DNA of 64,000 bases from Octopus vulgaris. Taxonomy: Eukaryota. The notes below the pieces were generated by a model. That model was not told the origin of the DNA. It saw only the letters and a program-made list of their open reading frames with translations, and made no database searches. Of this stretch, positions 1 through 13,264 are shown one piece after another (position 1 is the stretch's first letter; each line of letters starts with the position of its first letter). Made by a program: the position numbers and the translations under genes. The stretch covers positions 62,124,001 through 62,188,000 of the forward strand of contig OX597828.1 of assembly GCA_951406725.2 (NCBI GenBank), written 5' to 3'.

Positions 1-116
1 ATATATATATATACACATATATATATGTATATATATGTATGTATATATATGCATTTATATATATGTATGTAAATATATGTATATATATGTATATATATAA
101 ATATGAATGTATATAA

Positions 117-190
<74 letters not shown>

Positions 191-196
<6 letters not shown>

Positions 197-765
197 ATAT
201 TTCGGAATGATTATTTTGCCAGATTAGCCAATAAAATCACACGCACTATATATTTGGTGTTATTTTGCTTCAGTGTTATTTATTTTTTTACATTAATCTT
301 AATCTTATTTCGGCCAGAGTTCTTTCGTCACACTCCTGTGACCGCATCAGTGGTCCTTTGTTTTCTTCTTTCTTATTTGTGTCTCTCCTTACTAACCGTC
401 AGCCATTTTGTATTTCTATTGTATGTCTTCATTTGCGCATGCTTATATCTCTATGTGCGTTTATGTTTATTTAGTGTGTGTATGTGGGGGGGATGCCTGC
501 AATATTTGTATCTTCTGTTTATATAGGTTCATGTAATTTGTTTTTGTTGTTGTTGTTTTTGTTTATTCTTATTTTGTTCATGTGTTTACATCCACTTATT
601 ATTATCATTACATATGCTTGTATGTATGTATGTATAACAACAATACTAGTAATAATAATAATAAATAAATAAAAACAACTGGCAAAATGACCATTCTGAA
701 ATATAACAATATTTGTTTCAACACACTACTTCACATAAAAAATCCTGCACAACAAATATATAAAC

Positions 766-770
<5 letters not shown>
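191..770 (-). mobile_element. Short Penelope pLTR-like unit embedded in (TA)n
   Basis: Flanked by (TA)n on both sides. Terminal ~34 bp (191-224) recurs inverted at 677-710. Carries a hammerhead-like motif at 312-356. Confidence 0.55.
312..356 (-). ncRNA. Type I hammerhead ribozyme-like motif (variant core)
   Basis: Minus strand GGACCA CTGATGC G GTCAC aggagt GTGAC GAAA GAAC TC TGGCC. 5-bp stem II, stem I CCA/TGG, CUC site. Core has C in place of A9. Confidence 0.5.
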
Positions 771-823
<53 letters not shown>

Positions 824-878
824 CGGTGGTGCCCCAGCATGGCCGCGGCCTTCGGGCGAAAATATTTTAAGGATTTAA

Positions 879-981
<103 letters not shown>

Positions 982-1213
982 TAGATGGATAGATAGATCT
1001 TTATATATTTACATACATATATACATACACATATGCATATGTATATATATGTGTGTGTGTGTGTATATACACACATACACGTATATATATACATATAACG
1101 GGAAGCTTTATGAAAATAGACAAAAGACGAAGGCAGGTGGAAAACAAACATATATATACATATATGTGTGTGTATGGATATATTTATATATTTGTGTGTG
1201 TGTGTGTGTTTGT

Positions 1214-1275
<62 letters not shown>

Positions 1276-1309
1276 CATACATACATAGAGAAAGAGAGAG
1301 AGAGAGGTC

Positions 1310-1396
<87 letters not shown>

Positions 1397-1684
1397 TCAC
1401 CTATATACACATAAACATTTGCCTTAGTAGTACATATATATTTATATACGCACACAAATACATGCAGTTTTCCAGAAACATATAAAAAGTCTAAGGCTCT
1501 TCTGAAAACAGGCGAAAGAAGATTTTGTCGTTCGATCTGCAAGAAACAATGACCAATTTCACCTCAAATGAATCCTACGTTTCTGTAGCTCAGCGAGTTA
1601 CACAGAAAGACAGAAATGGCTATATATCAAAGGATCTATTTATTATCTCTCTGTATATATATGTGTGTGTGCGTTCGTATGTAT

Positions 1685-1785
<101 letters not shown>

Positions 1786-1877
1786 TATATACATATATAT
1801 ACATATATGGTTAAATGTTGTATGCATACAAGCGCGAGCGAATGGAGGTGTATGGGTTAGAAATGAGTAATATTTAC

Positions 1878-2082
1878 CTGAATCGGTCCCGGCCGAGAGA
1901 CTTTGCTGCTTTTCTAGACACCTTTGGTTGCTGGCGGCGGTAGGGCTGCGATAGTACCGGTATTGGTGGCCGATGTGTTGGTGGTGGTGGTGGTGGTGGT
2001 GGTGGTGGCGGTGGTGGCGTCGGCGTCGGCCGGTGGGGCCGCGCTAATGGTTGTCTGATAGATGGGATGAATTTTTGGCTAG
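1878..2082 (-). CDS. Candidate host coding exon (Pro-rich), unassigned
   Basis: GC-rich island with donor CAG|GTAAAT at 1878/1877 and candidate acceptors at 2054 or 2082. One frame is open (SQKFIPSIRQPLARPHRPTPTPPPP...SLGRDRF). No recognisable domain. Confidence 0.3.
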
Positions 2083-2325
2083 CTGTGTAGATTCACAGAC
2101 GTCCTTGTTTGTCCTCTCTGTGTTTAGCCCCTTGTGGGTAGTAAAGAAATAGATTCATAAATGTCAGTGTAGGTGGATATAGACAGGTGAATGTGTGATT
2201 TATGTGTGTGTCTGTCTGTGTGTTTATGTATGTCTACACAAACATACGCACACACATGCTATTGTGTATTTGTATGTATGCATGTATGTATGTGTGTAAA
2301 CACACATGCACGCACATAATGATAT

Positions 2326-2365
<40 letters not shown>

Positions 2366-2366
2366 T

Positions 2367-2580
2367 CAAAATGTGACCGCGTGTGTACCGTTGGCGATTT
2401 TTGTTCCTCTGTCTTCCCTTCTTTGGATCTTTCCTTCTCCTATGTTTCCGACGGAGAGCTCTGCTCGAAACGTAAAATCTTCCTTCTTTCCTTCTTTCCT
2501 GAGCGTCCAATAATACTATATTTGTTCCACATCCTCATTTTGTTGTGTTTTCTCTTTGTGTTTTCATGTTTGGATTAACT
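2367..2580 (+). mobile_element. ~210-bp hammerhead-bearing short element in (TA)n, copy 1
   Basis: Aligns by eye with 58959-59176 (shared cgttggcgattt...cctgagcgtc...ccacatcctc). Motif 2444-2478: GTTT CCGACGG A GAGC tct GCTC GAAA CG TA AAAT. Confidence 0.6.
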
Positions 2581-2588
2581 ATATATAA

Positions 2589-2644
<56 letters not shown>

Positions 2645-2657
2645 ATATGTATGTATG

Positions 2658-2700
<43 letters not shown>

Positions 2701-2987
2701 TATATTCATACATATGTGTATCTATGTATATATGTATTGTGTGCATTTATATATGTGTGTGTGTGAGAGAGTGTGCACATTTATGTGTGTGTGTAAGTGT
2801 GTGTGTAAGTGTGTGTGTGTGTGTGGCTTTACTGTTTCCCTTTTTGCCTATTAATATCTGTCACAAGCTAGTCCCATCTTCATGTAAAGTAATGATAGCA
2901 ATATATAAATAAACAAATAAATATATAAAAACACGCCCAAACTACCAATAACAACAAGGCCAAGCAAAGCAGAATGACAGCAGTGTC

Positions 2988-3018
<31 letters not shown>

Positions 3019-3666
3019 TGACCAACATGACCCACAACATAAATACGAAGGACAACAATAATAGCCAGAAACTTTTGAAGAAAACGGCAAAATCAAATAC
3101 TTGATTACACATTTGGAGAGAAAAAAAAGACGATTTTTGAAAAAGAAATTCGTAAAAACAAATCTATTTTATAAAATAACACAAAATCATAAAACAAATA
3201 TGGCGTGTTGTTTCGGTGTGGCTTCCGGTTGATTCTGTGTCGTCATGACGGAAACTGGCATGTTAGTCAATATTGAAATATGGACGGCAATCCCAAGCCA
3301 ATGTGGAATGGAACGAAACAAAATATCAAAGAATTTCCTCGTGGTTTGTTTGTTTTTTTTAAAAACAAAGGAAATCGAAATTATTCATTAAGAACAGTGT
3401 GATGATGATGGTGATGATGACGATGATGATGATCGAATGGAGTTTGGAAATAATGGATGTTGATGGGGCAGAGGAAGAAGGATGAAATGAAAATAATAAT
3501 TTTAAAATACAATAAAAGAAATAAACGATGATGAATGCTATGAAGTTGTGTTTCTTGTTTCGTTTTTTTTTTTTGTTGTTTTTTTGTTCTTTTTTTTTCA
3601 TGTTTCCAAAGACTGGAATGTAAATATAGAATATGGTGTACTTAGGATTTTATTTTTTATCAATAC

Positions 3667-3711
<45 letters not shown>

Positions 3712-4072
3712 TGTACAAACACGCGCTCGCGCAAACACATACATACCCCTCCCCCATGCGCTAACATGTATAAATACATATGTATGCGTGCTTAAATATA
3801 TGTATATATATATATACATTTATATATATTACATAAGCATATTTATATATATATAGGTATATGTGTGTATGTGTGTGTCTATGTATATATACCTGTACAA
3901 GTATATGAATATATATATATGTGCGTATAAAAAATTACACACACATACATACACACACATATACATACAAATATATGTGAATATGCTTATGTTTATTGCA
4001 TTTATATATATATGCATACATGTATATACTTATGCGCGTGTGTATGTGTATGCATATGTATGTATGTATGAA

Positions 4073-4112
<40 letters not shown>

Positions 4113-4481
4113 GTATTATGTATGTATGCTTGTATGTATATATACATGTATATATTGTGTATGTAAATATAGCTACATATATGTATGTGTGTATGTGTGT
4201 GTGTGCGTGTCGGATTGCGTGTGTGTGTGTGTGTGAATGTATATATAACTTAACATTTTGTGCCGCCAAATAGGCGTTCCTTATATTGTTGTACAACATG
4301 AAGGCTTGGAAAATATAGTAACGGAATTATTATGAACCTCTAGCGCCAACAGTAACGACTACAAAGGAAAGATGTGAACACTAACAACATATATTTATAT
4401 TTATTTACTCTACTAGTTGTAATGAGTACGCTTTATTTTATTCTTATCACTCCACTCCACTCCACCACTTCTTGTATGAAT

Positions 4482-5767
4482 AATGACCTGGCCCTCATAG
4501 CAGAATCACTACCGGAACTAGGAAAGAAATTTTAGGTGTGGAAGTAAGGTTTAGAATCAAATGGCTTTAGAGTCAATGTAGCAAAGACCAAAGTTCTAGT
4601 AAGTAGGAAGGCGAACTCATCATACACACCCTCAGGTAGGTGGCCCTACTCGATCTGTAGAAAAGGTGTAGGTAGAAACTCCATAAGATGTACCCAGTGT
4701 AAGCTATGGACACATAAGAGGTGCAGCAACATCAAAAGAAAATTAACCGAGAAGATAGCTTTCGTCTGCGCCAGATGCACAGGGGCAATATACACCACAG
4801 ATACTCAGAAAACAGACTCCATCAAACTCCAGGGAGAAAAACTAGAAGTAGTTGATAGCTTCCGCTACTTAGGTGACCAAGTTAGTAGTGGGGATGGATG
4901 CTCAGAGAGTGTTACCACTAGAATAAGAATAGCTAGGGCAAAGTTTAGAAAGCTCCTACCCGTACTGGTGACAAAGGGTCTCTCGCTCAGAGTGAAAGGT
5001 AGATTGTACGACGCGTGTGTGCGAACTGCCATGCTTCACGGCAGTGAAACATGGGCTGTGACTGCGGAGGACATGCGTAGGCTTGAAGGAAATGAAGCTA
5101 GCATGATCCGCTGGTAGTGTTATGTCAGTGTGCACGCACGACAGAGTATAAGCGCCCTGAGAGAAATGTTGGCCATATGAAGCATCGGATGTGGCGTGCA
5201 GGAGAGACGTTTGCATTGGCATGGTAATGTACTACGGATGGATGAGGAGAGATGTGTGAAGAAGTGCCACTCCCAAACAGTTGAAGGAATCCGGGGTAGA
5301 GGTAGACCCTGGAAGACATGGGATGAGGTGGTCAAGCATGATCTTCGAACATTGGGCCTCACAGAGGCAATGACGAAAGTCCGAGACCTCCGGAGATATG
5401 CTGTGACTTCGAAGACCCGACAAATGAAGTGAGTTCATGGCTCGCAGGACAGCCTACTGTGCTTACCTTGGATCGTAAGGCGACCTGCTGTGCTTGAGGA
5501 GACCTATTGAGTCAAGTACATCAAGATCAAAATAAAAATCGAATGGAAATTGTAGTTGTGATACCCATGCCAGTGGCACGTAAAAAGCACCCACAACACT
5601 CACGGAGTTGTTGGCGTTAGGAAGGGCATCCAGCTGAAAAAACACTGCCAGATCAGACTGGAGCCTGGTGCAGACTCCTGGCTTCCCAGACCCCAGTCGA
5701 ACCGTGCAACCCATGCTAGCATGGACAATGGACGTTAAACGAGGATAATGATGATGATGATGATGAT
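4482..5767 (+). mobile_element. 5'-truncated RTE-clade LINE (RT C-terminal half, 3'UTR, (ATG)n tail)
   Basis: Translates as DLALIAES...NVAKTKVL...VDSFRYLG...LYDACVRTAMLHGSETW...RRLHWHGNVLRM...GRGRPWKTW, with stops. 3'UTR motif gttggcgttaggaagggcatccagc. Ends in (ATG)n. Confidence 0.9.
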
Positions 5768-5833
5768 ACATATATATATATATATATTCAGCTAGTGTAT
5801 ATATATATGTATGTGTGTATATATATATATATA

Positions 5834-5915
<82 letters not shown>

Positions 5916-5927
5916 TACATACATACA

Positions 5928-6522
5928 CTAGCTGAATAGCCCGTCGTTGCCGGGCAATCTTTACAACAGAATGTCTTATATACATTTTTGTTTATTCCAT
6001 GCCTACCATGCCTTCCCCGATAGAAAACTCTCTTGATTAGGACAGATTTGTGCAATTTTTCGCAAAAAAAACTTCGTTGAGAATTTTTCTCCTTTTTAAA
6101 TTATTTCCATGTCTGTTCGACCATTTCACGTGACTTCATTCATGTCTGTTCGACCATTTCACGTGATTTCATTCATTAAAACTTATTGAAACTTCAGAAG
6201 TTCTTACAACTTCGCTTGTCGTAAAGCTTTGCTTTTGTTTAATAAAATTTCCTCCTCGTAATGATTTTGCATTCATTTTGTGATAGACAGCTATCATGCA
6301 GTTGTCATGCAGAAAATGCCAGCTTCCAAATCCTGTTTTCTGATTAGGAAGAATTGATTAAACTTTAAACCTCAGTAACATTTTTCTGCAACTTTTCTGG
6401 AGCAACTAAATAACCAAATCGGATTTAAAGTGCAAAATTATTCCAATATACCAAATTTGAAAATAAGTGATAGCAGCAGGGAAGACCCTATGATAGTAGA
6501 GAGACAAACAGTTATAGGACGT

Positions 6523-6595
<73 letters not shown>

Positions 6596-7235
6596 CACAC
6601 GCACACACATTTACAAACAATGGTGTATAGTAGACATGTGTATGTACGTATCTATGTACGTATGTATGTGTATATATGTATGCATGTGTTTGTATTGCGT
6701 GTGTGTAAGTGTTTCTTTCCAATGGACATCAGAAAAGACACCTACACCCTCTCTTCTTAAAGCTACGTATTCCTCACACCCATCTTTCTCTCCCTTCCTC
6801 GACGTTTTAAAAGTTACTTATGTGTATGTGTGTGTGCAGTGCAGTGTGTGTGTGTGTGTCTATGTGTGTGTATTTACGAAAGTATGTATACAGCGTTGCG
6901 TATATATGACAGCTGTACTAACATTTACATCCCATTGCCATTCCATATTTGTCGCTTACACGACGTTGTTCTCCTCTTTCTTGATATCAGTCACACTTAT
7001 TTCTGCTACTACATTTCCCTCAGACTAATACTCGTTGCACCCTTCTCATTTTTCATAGAATTCGGCCATATCCCCTAGGGTGCTCATTATCGAGTTTCAT
7101 TGAAATTCAATTAGTCTATTATTGAACTGGATATTAGTTTAACTTGTATGCAAAATTTTGCGGAAATTGATTCACTGGTTTAGGCAGTAAGATGGTAACA
7201 GACAGACAGACATAAATTGCCATTTATACATATGA
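5928..7235 (-). mobile_element. Non-autonomous Helitron-like element
   Basis: Minus strand starts A|TC at 7235, followed by (CTGT)n. Ends with hairpin GCCCG-gcaacga-CGGGC (5939-5955), 7 nt, then CTAG|T at 5928. No TSD. The interior may be composite. Confidence 0.65.
6108..6173. repeat. 33-bp tandem duplication
   Basis: catgtctgttcgaccatttcacgtga(c/t)ttcatt occurs twice, head to tail. Confidence 0.9.
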
Positions 7236-7364
7236 TATATATATAAAGAACTTTGTAAAAAAAACATGTAGGTGTTTCTCTTTTGTTAGATAGGCACAAA
7301 GTGTGACAGGATTTTCGTTGCTTTGGGGATTATTGGATTTAAATCTTTTGCTTTGACAATACAA

Positions 7365-7660
7365 ATAGTAAAGGTTAAAGACGCCCTTAGGTCATGAACG
7401 ACTACGGTATTGCCCCTAGAAAGTTCACCGCTAAAGCACAAGTACAGACAAGGTTGTTTATGGAAGACCAGCAGTCGCCCATGCATACCAGCCTCCCCTC
7501 TCCACGCCAACCGTGTTATCCAAGGGAAAGGCAAAAGGGGCCGATACAGCTTGACACCAGTGACGTCGCAACTCATTTCTACAGCTGAGTGAACTGGAGC
7601 GACGGGAAATAAAGTGTCTTACTCAAGAACACCACACAGCTCGGCCTAGGAATCAAATAC
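7365..7660 (-). mobile_element. tRNA-derived SINE (family C)
   Basis: Minus strand head gtgttcttgagtaagacactttatttc...ctccagttcactcagctgt, typical of widespread metazoan SINE heads. (CTTTA)-like tail. Confidence 0.65.
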
Positions 7661-8631
7661 GATGCTAAATACAAAATGTTTTCGTGGCCCTTCTCCTTTT
7701 CTTTTTCTATTTCGTTTTTCTTTTTTTTTTATTCAGGAAAATCGAAGTAGGGCTTGGGCGGAAAAGGGCTAACGTATACCGGCTTAGTCAGAGAAAGAAG
7801 TACAATGCCTTTGATCCTTTTTAGGGTCCACAAGGCTGATGGATGAGACGAAGAGGGTTATTTTGAGACCTGAGACATGGTTTGAATGTTTTGGAACAAA
7901 GGGAATTCCTTGCTCTAGGATGGCCGGGTGGTTGTGCGTTCAACTGTTGCGGCGTATTAACGCAGCCCATCTTAAAATAGAAACGATCCAATCCGACGAG
8001 CTTCTCAGCAGTTTCCGTCCACCAAATTTCGTTCACAAAACATTTGTAAAGCCGAGGCACGGTAGAACGCACTTGCCCAATATGCTGCGCAGGGAAATCC
8101 GGAATTCAGTAATTAGGAAACGAATTTCTTAACCGCGCAGCCATGACCTGGTCCGGATAAAGAAATATCGAAAGACGACGCAATACCGCGATCAATTAGC
8201 GATCAATACATCGATCAATACGTAGTGGTGGTGGTGGTGGTGGTCGTGGTGGTGGTGGTGGTCGTCGTCATCGTCGTGGTATTTAGCCCCGAGTTGAGTT
8301 GGTCGTGATGGAGCTGTGCTATGATCAAATACATTGGAGCCACGAACGTCCTGTCTTTTTAAAGACGGTTGGATGTGATTTGAGGAGGACTTAACTACTA
8401 TCTCTATTGAGTGACAAGCTGACCTGTGATCGTATGCATCACAACCATGGCCATCCTGTCTCCTGGATCGAACCACTCCACAGGGATTTCGCTCGTCGAA
8501 ATAGGTGTTGTGTGTGTGTGTGTGTTTCTGAATATACGTGTGTGTACGTGTTCATTCATACACACATGTTTATACATGTGTGTATCGGTTTGTACATGTG
8601 AGTGTGTGTATGTTAGTCATTCGTGCATATC

Positions 8632-8671
<40 letters not shown>

Positions 8672-9140
8672 CACGCGCACACGATACCTTGCTGCATTAT
8701 TTGAAACACCACATCCATAATTCACCTGAAAAAGAAAGAAGAAAAGCACTTAATTTTGATTCTCTCACCTGACTTGTATTTTTGTGTTCATTTGGAACTG
8801 TTAAGGTGAGAGTCGTGTAAGAGTTGTCTACCTTGCACTCGACGGTCTTTGTTTTTTTTTTCTCTCTCTCTCTTTTAACTTTATTGAGTGACTTTAAATT
8901 CAATAGCACAGTTTTCGAACGTTGTCATGAAAGGGTAAAGGCGATTGAATATATTTGGAAGTGTTTATTTTCTCGTTCTAGAGAACCTTTTGCTACCAAA
9001 CCGCCCAAAACTGCCCTTGATTAAAGGTCAAATAGAACCTGGCAAGAATTTAATGTAAAGGGACATAACTGAATGCCAAATTCAATTTTGTCTTCAAACT
9101 ACGAGTTGTTTCCCCGATTTCACCGCCCCATAATAATAAT

Positions 9141-9358
9141 ATTCCTTTCTACTAAAGGCACAAGGCCTGAAATTTGTTGGGAGGGGACTGGTCGATTACA
9201 TTGACCCCAGGGTTTCACTGGTGCTTAATTTATCGACCTCCGAAAGGATGAAAAGCAAAGTCGACCTCGGTGGAATTTGAACTCAGAACGTAGTGACAGG
9301 CAAAATACCCCTAAGCTTTTCGTCCAGCGTGCTAACGACTCTGCCAGCTCGCCACCTT
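9141..9358 (-). mobile_element. tRNA-derived SINE family A, near full length
   Basis: A box TGGCAGAGTCG, B box GAGTTCAAATT, core gaggtcgactttgc...tcatcctttcgg, (ATT)n tail. More than 12 copies in the window. Confidence 0.85.
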
Positions 9359-10129
9359 CAGCTCAATAATAACTAACGATATTATAATTAGTATTAGAAG
9401 ATTGGGATTTTGCGGATTAATTCTTTGACTACCAAACTTCCTAAGACCTAAGTTCAACAAAACTAAATTCCTCCTTTACAGTAATCTAATTAAAACCATT
9501 CGTTGCAATTTCATGTTAATTTGTTTCAAACTCCAGCTTAATAATGGCAAAGTTACCTTAGTAAATTCGACATTATTTTCAAAGATACTAGAAGCAAAAG
9601 GCAGTGGATTTCGGTAGTGGGAATACAATAAGGAAAGGAAGTCCGGTAAATCCGTTTTACATGGCACAATTCCATGTTTTTAGTAAAATATTACAATTCG
9701 TTTTGTGTGAACTTGTTTCTTCGGACAATTTCACTTCTCCTTTCTGTTGTTCATTTACGTTTTCGATCGACCATTTTTTTGTATGTTTTGCCTTTAATAC
9801 AGAACCGTCCATTCTGGCATACATTATAGCGTATCTAAGACAGTGGACAGTTCCATAGTAGAAATGGCATTTGTTAAATTGTTTTTGAGTAGAGTTATTC
9901 CATTCATGAGAGATAATATTTCTTAAGACTAGCTGCTTAAGCAGCGGTTTTCACTGTGGAGTACGTGTACTTTTAAGAGTACGCTAGAAGAATTGCATGG
10001 CTACTTGAGGTTTGTAAAATCGCTGGAATTTTAAAGTGATCACAAGGAAATAAGTGCAACGCGTGTGATTAAAAAATGTATGAAGGGACATTTTGCTACT
10101 GCCAGACCAGCAACAGAAAATGCCATGTG

Positions 10130-10227
<98 letters not shown>

Positions 10228-10770
10228 CCTCTCTCTTTCTCTCTCTCTCTCTTTCTCCCCCCACCGAATTGAGTTACTTATTAAATAGAAAGAGCCTAGT
10301 TAATCCATCTCATTAAGAATATTAAATCAAATTGAAATTGGTTTCTTACATAGGCAGAATTTTAGCGGTGAAGACAGTCAAGTTAACTGATACTTGTTTT
10401 AATTGGTACTTCATTTGGTTGGTACTCAATTTTATCGTCTCAGGATGGATGGAAGATAAAATCGACTACGGTGGAATTTGAACTTGTCAAATTAAATTCA
10501 TAACAAACAATGCGTGCTTATTCTATGTTCTCTGGTGTTCAACCATTTTACACTATATTAGTCACAAGGGATACACCAATGCTGACGGACATCGCGAAGG
10601 GAAACGCTGGGGGGACAAAACCAATCGGAGAATCTCTTGTGCTGGACACAAGCTGCTAACTGATATTTATTGCCGAAGGATGACTATCAAAGTCGAACTT
10701 GGCATGATACGAGTTCAGGTCGTTAAGGGATGTAACGGAATATCCACTTGTAGTAATAATAATACTAATA

Positions 10771-10831
<61 letters not shown>

Positions 10832-10854
10832 CATTATTATTATTATTATTATTA

Positions 10855-11405
10855 TTTCAAATTTTCGCCACAAGGGCAGTTTGGGGGAGGTGGGAATGAG
10901 TCGCTTTAGTTCTCAACTGGTACTTATTTTATTGGCATCGGCGGAATTTGAACTCAGAACGTAGCGACGAGCGAAATACCGCTAAACATTTCATCCAGCG
11001 TGTTAACAATTATTATTATTATTTTCTTTATTGCCATTATTATTATTATTATTATTACAAGGGGCTTAACATTTTCGCCACAAGGGCAGTTTGGGGGAGG
11101 TGGGAATGAGTCGCTTTAGTTCTCAACTGGTACTTATTTTATTGGCATCGGCGGAATTTGAACTCAGAACGTAGCGACGAGCGAAATACCGCTAAACATT
11201 TCATCCAGCGTGTTAACAATTCTTATTTCTTTATTGCTCACAAGGGGCTTAACATAGAGGGAGCAAACAAGGACAGACAAAGGGATTAAGTCGATTACAT
11301 CGACTCCAGTGCGTAACTGGTACTTAATTTATCGACCCCGACAGGATTAAAAGCAAAGTCGACCTCAGTGGAATTTGAACTCAGAACGTAACGACAGACG
11401 AAATA
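10855..11405 (-). mobile_element. SINE A cluster containing an exact ~150-bp duplication
   Basis: 10861-11011 is identical to 11071-11221. A further copy with an L1/Tx1-like tail lies at 11222-11405. Confidence 0.85.
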
Positions 11406-11979
11406 TCGAGGTGGTGGTGGTGGTGGTAGAGGATGGGGTGGAGGAGGGGAGGGGAGGAGGGGGACGGGAGACGGGGGAGTTTTCTCTTCAAACAGACAAG
11501 AAAGTAGAAAACAATGGACCAGATATTACGATCATAGAAAAGGGAAAGTGATGCTGCTTACTTATCGACCCATCATGCCCTTTTGATTCCAGGATCGCAA
11601 AGAAAGAGGAAGAAAAAGAAAGAAAATACAATCCTTTAAAATTTGAAATATAAAAAATTTGAAATAGAAATAATTTGACATAGAAAGAGCATGCAAACAG
11701 TTAAGGTCGTTCCTATAATAATTGGTTGGTTGGAAAGAGTAAGCAAAGGCAGAGACAAATGGCTGAAGGAGATTCAAATAGAACGTCCGGTAGAGTTCCT
11801 CGTGAAATTTTGCCTCTTAGGGAGAGCAAGGATTATCAGGAGGGTCCTAAGCATTTGAAAGACTGCCGAAAACTTGTGGATATCTAAGGTTATAGGTAGT
11901 AACCCGCTACCTTCATAAACCCTACCAGGAATAAGGCCAAACCTGAGCTTTGTTTCAATATTTAATAATAATAATAATA

Positions 11980-12044
<65 letters not shown>

Positions 12045-12048
<4 letters not shown>

Positions 12049-12955
12049 CCTTAATTAACCACAGTGGTTGTTACTTCATGGGTAAAGGACGTTGCAGTGT
12101 GATATATATATATATATATATATATATAAGGAAAACGTGTGAAAATAAAAGAGAAATAATAAAAAGCAAGTTTACAGATTTTCGCCAAAATGGGACAACT
12201 CCGAGGGCTACTCATGGAAGCCCTACAAAATTACAATCACTCTCCATACTAAGGCAAATGCCTTCTCCGGGCTGTTATTCACAATCTACAGGTGCGTGCT
12301 CAGAATTGGTCCGTTTTTTTTTTATATACGTACCATATTTGCCTTTCTCCCTCACCTTGATGTCTTATGTCCTTTCAATCTCATCCCTCATAAAACCGCT
12401 TTTGTGATGGTCGCCAGACAGACGACAACTGCCTCCCCTTTAAGGGCAAAACAAGGCCGTGATGCGACCTTCACAATGGACTCGGATGATACCCGGATCC
12501 TTCTCACACGAAGCAACAGCAGTTCTACTAATCTTCATCAGTTATTTATACCCGGATACAAGAATGGTGAACTCAAAACAGCAATATTACAAGACTGTTG
12601 GAATCCGTAGATACATCAGTCTTGTTCCTTCTTCCAGAAATTAAGGTGGTAATTCTTAGTGGACCGGATTTGAACAGCACATCTGGTTGACTGCACTCGA
12701 ATGTGATAACTGCCATCGGAATTTCAGACCGTGTCCATTTGTTGTGTCATTATCGAGACCGCCGCTCCAAAGTCTTGCTGTAAAGAGGGGTCAGTGAAGA
12801 TTCAGAGAAATAATCTGGTGTGGCATATTTGCGATAGAGTGAGGGGCCGCATCAGACGGATGATGGTGAGTATATTTTCGAAAGGTTCTGGTTATGTCTT
12901 CAGGATAATTCTTGGGCCATGGTATCTCTTGGACAACCTCTCAGACCAGTTGTAG
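12045..12955 (-). mobile_element. Degraded non-LTR (L1/Tx1-like) 3' fragment
   Basis: Broken coding-like sequence ending in gtccttt...ccactgtggttaattaaggaa + (ATT)n, resembling other tails in the window. Confidence 0.35.
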
Positions 12956-13187
12956 CTTAATTGTCCTTAATCAGTTTTCGAAACAGCCACCCACACGCAT
13001 GTATGTATGTATGTATGTATGTATGTATGTATGTATGTATGTATGTATGTATGTATGTATGTATGCATACATGCATGCATGCATGTATGTATGTATGTAT
13101 GTATGTATGTATATGTGCGTATATTCTGTATATGTATGTGTATAGATAGATAGATAAATAGACAGATAGACAGACAGACAGACAGAC

Positions 13188-13264
<77 letters not shown>

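Noticed and set aside
1575-1610. Minus-strand GAAACGTA next to a hairpin as a hammerhead
   Set aside because: No CUGANGA-like core upstream; it is only an imperfect inverted repeat.
3195-3320. CTTCCGG and CCAAT motifs as a promoter
   Set aside because: These short motifs are expected by chance, and no linked transcript start is visible.
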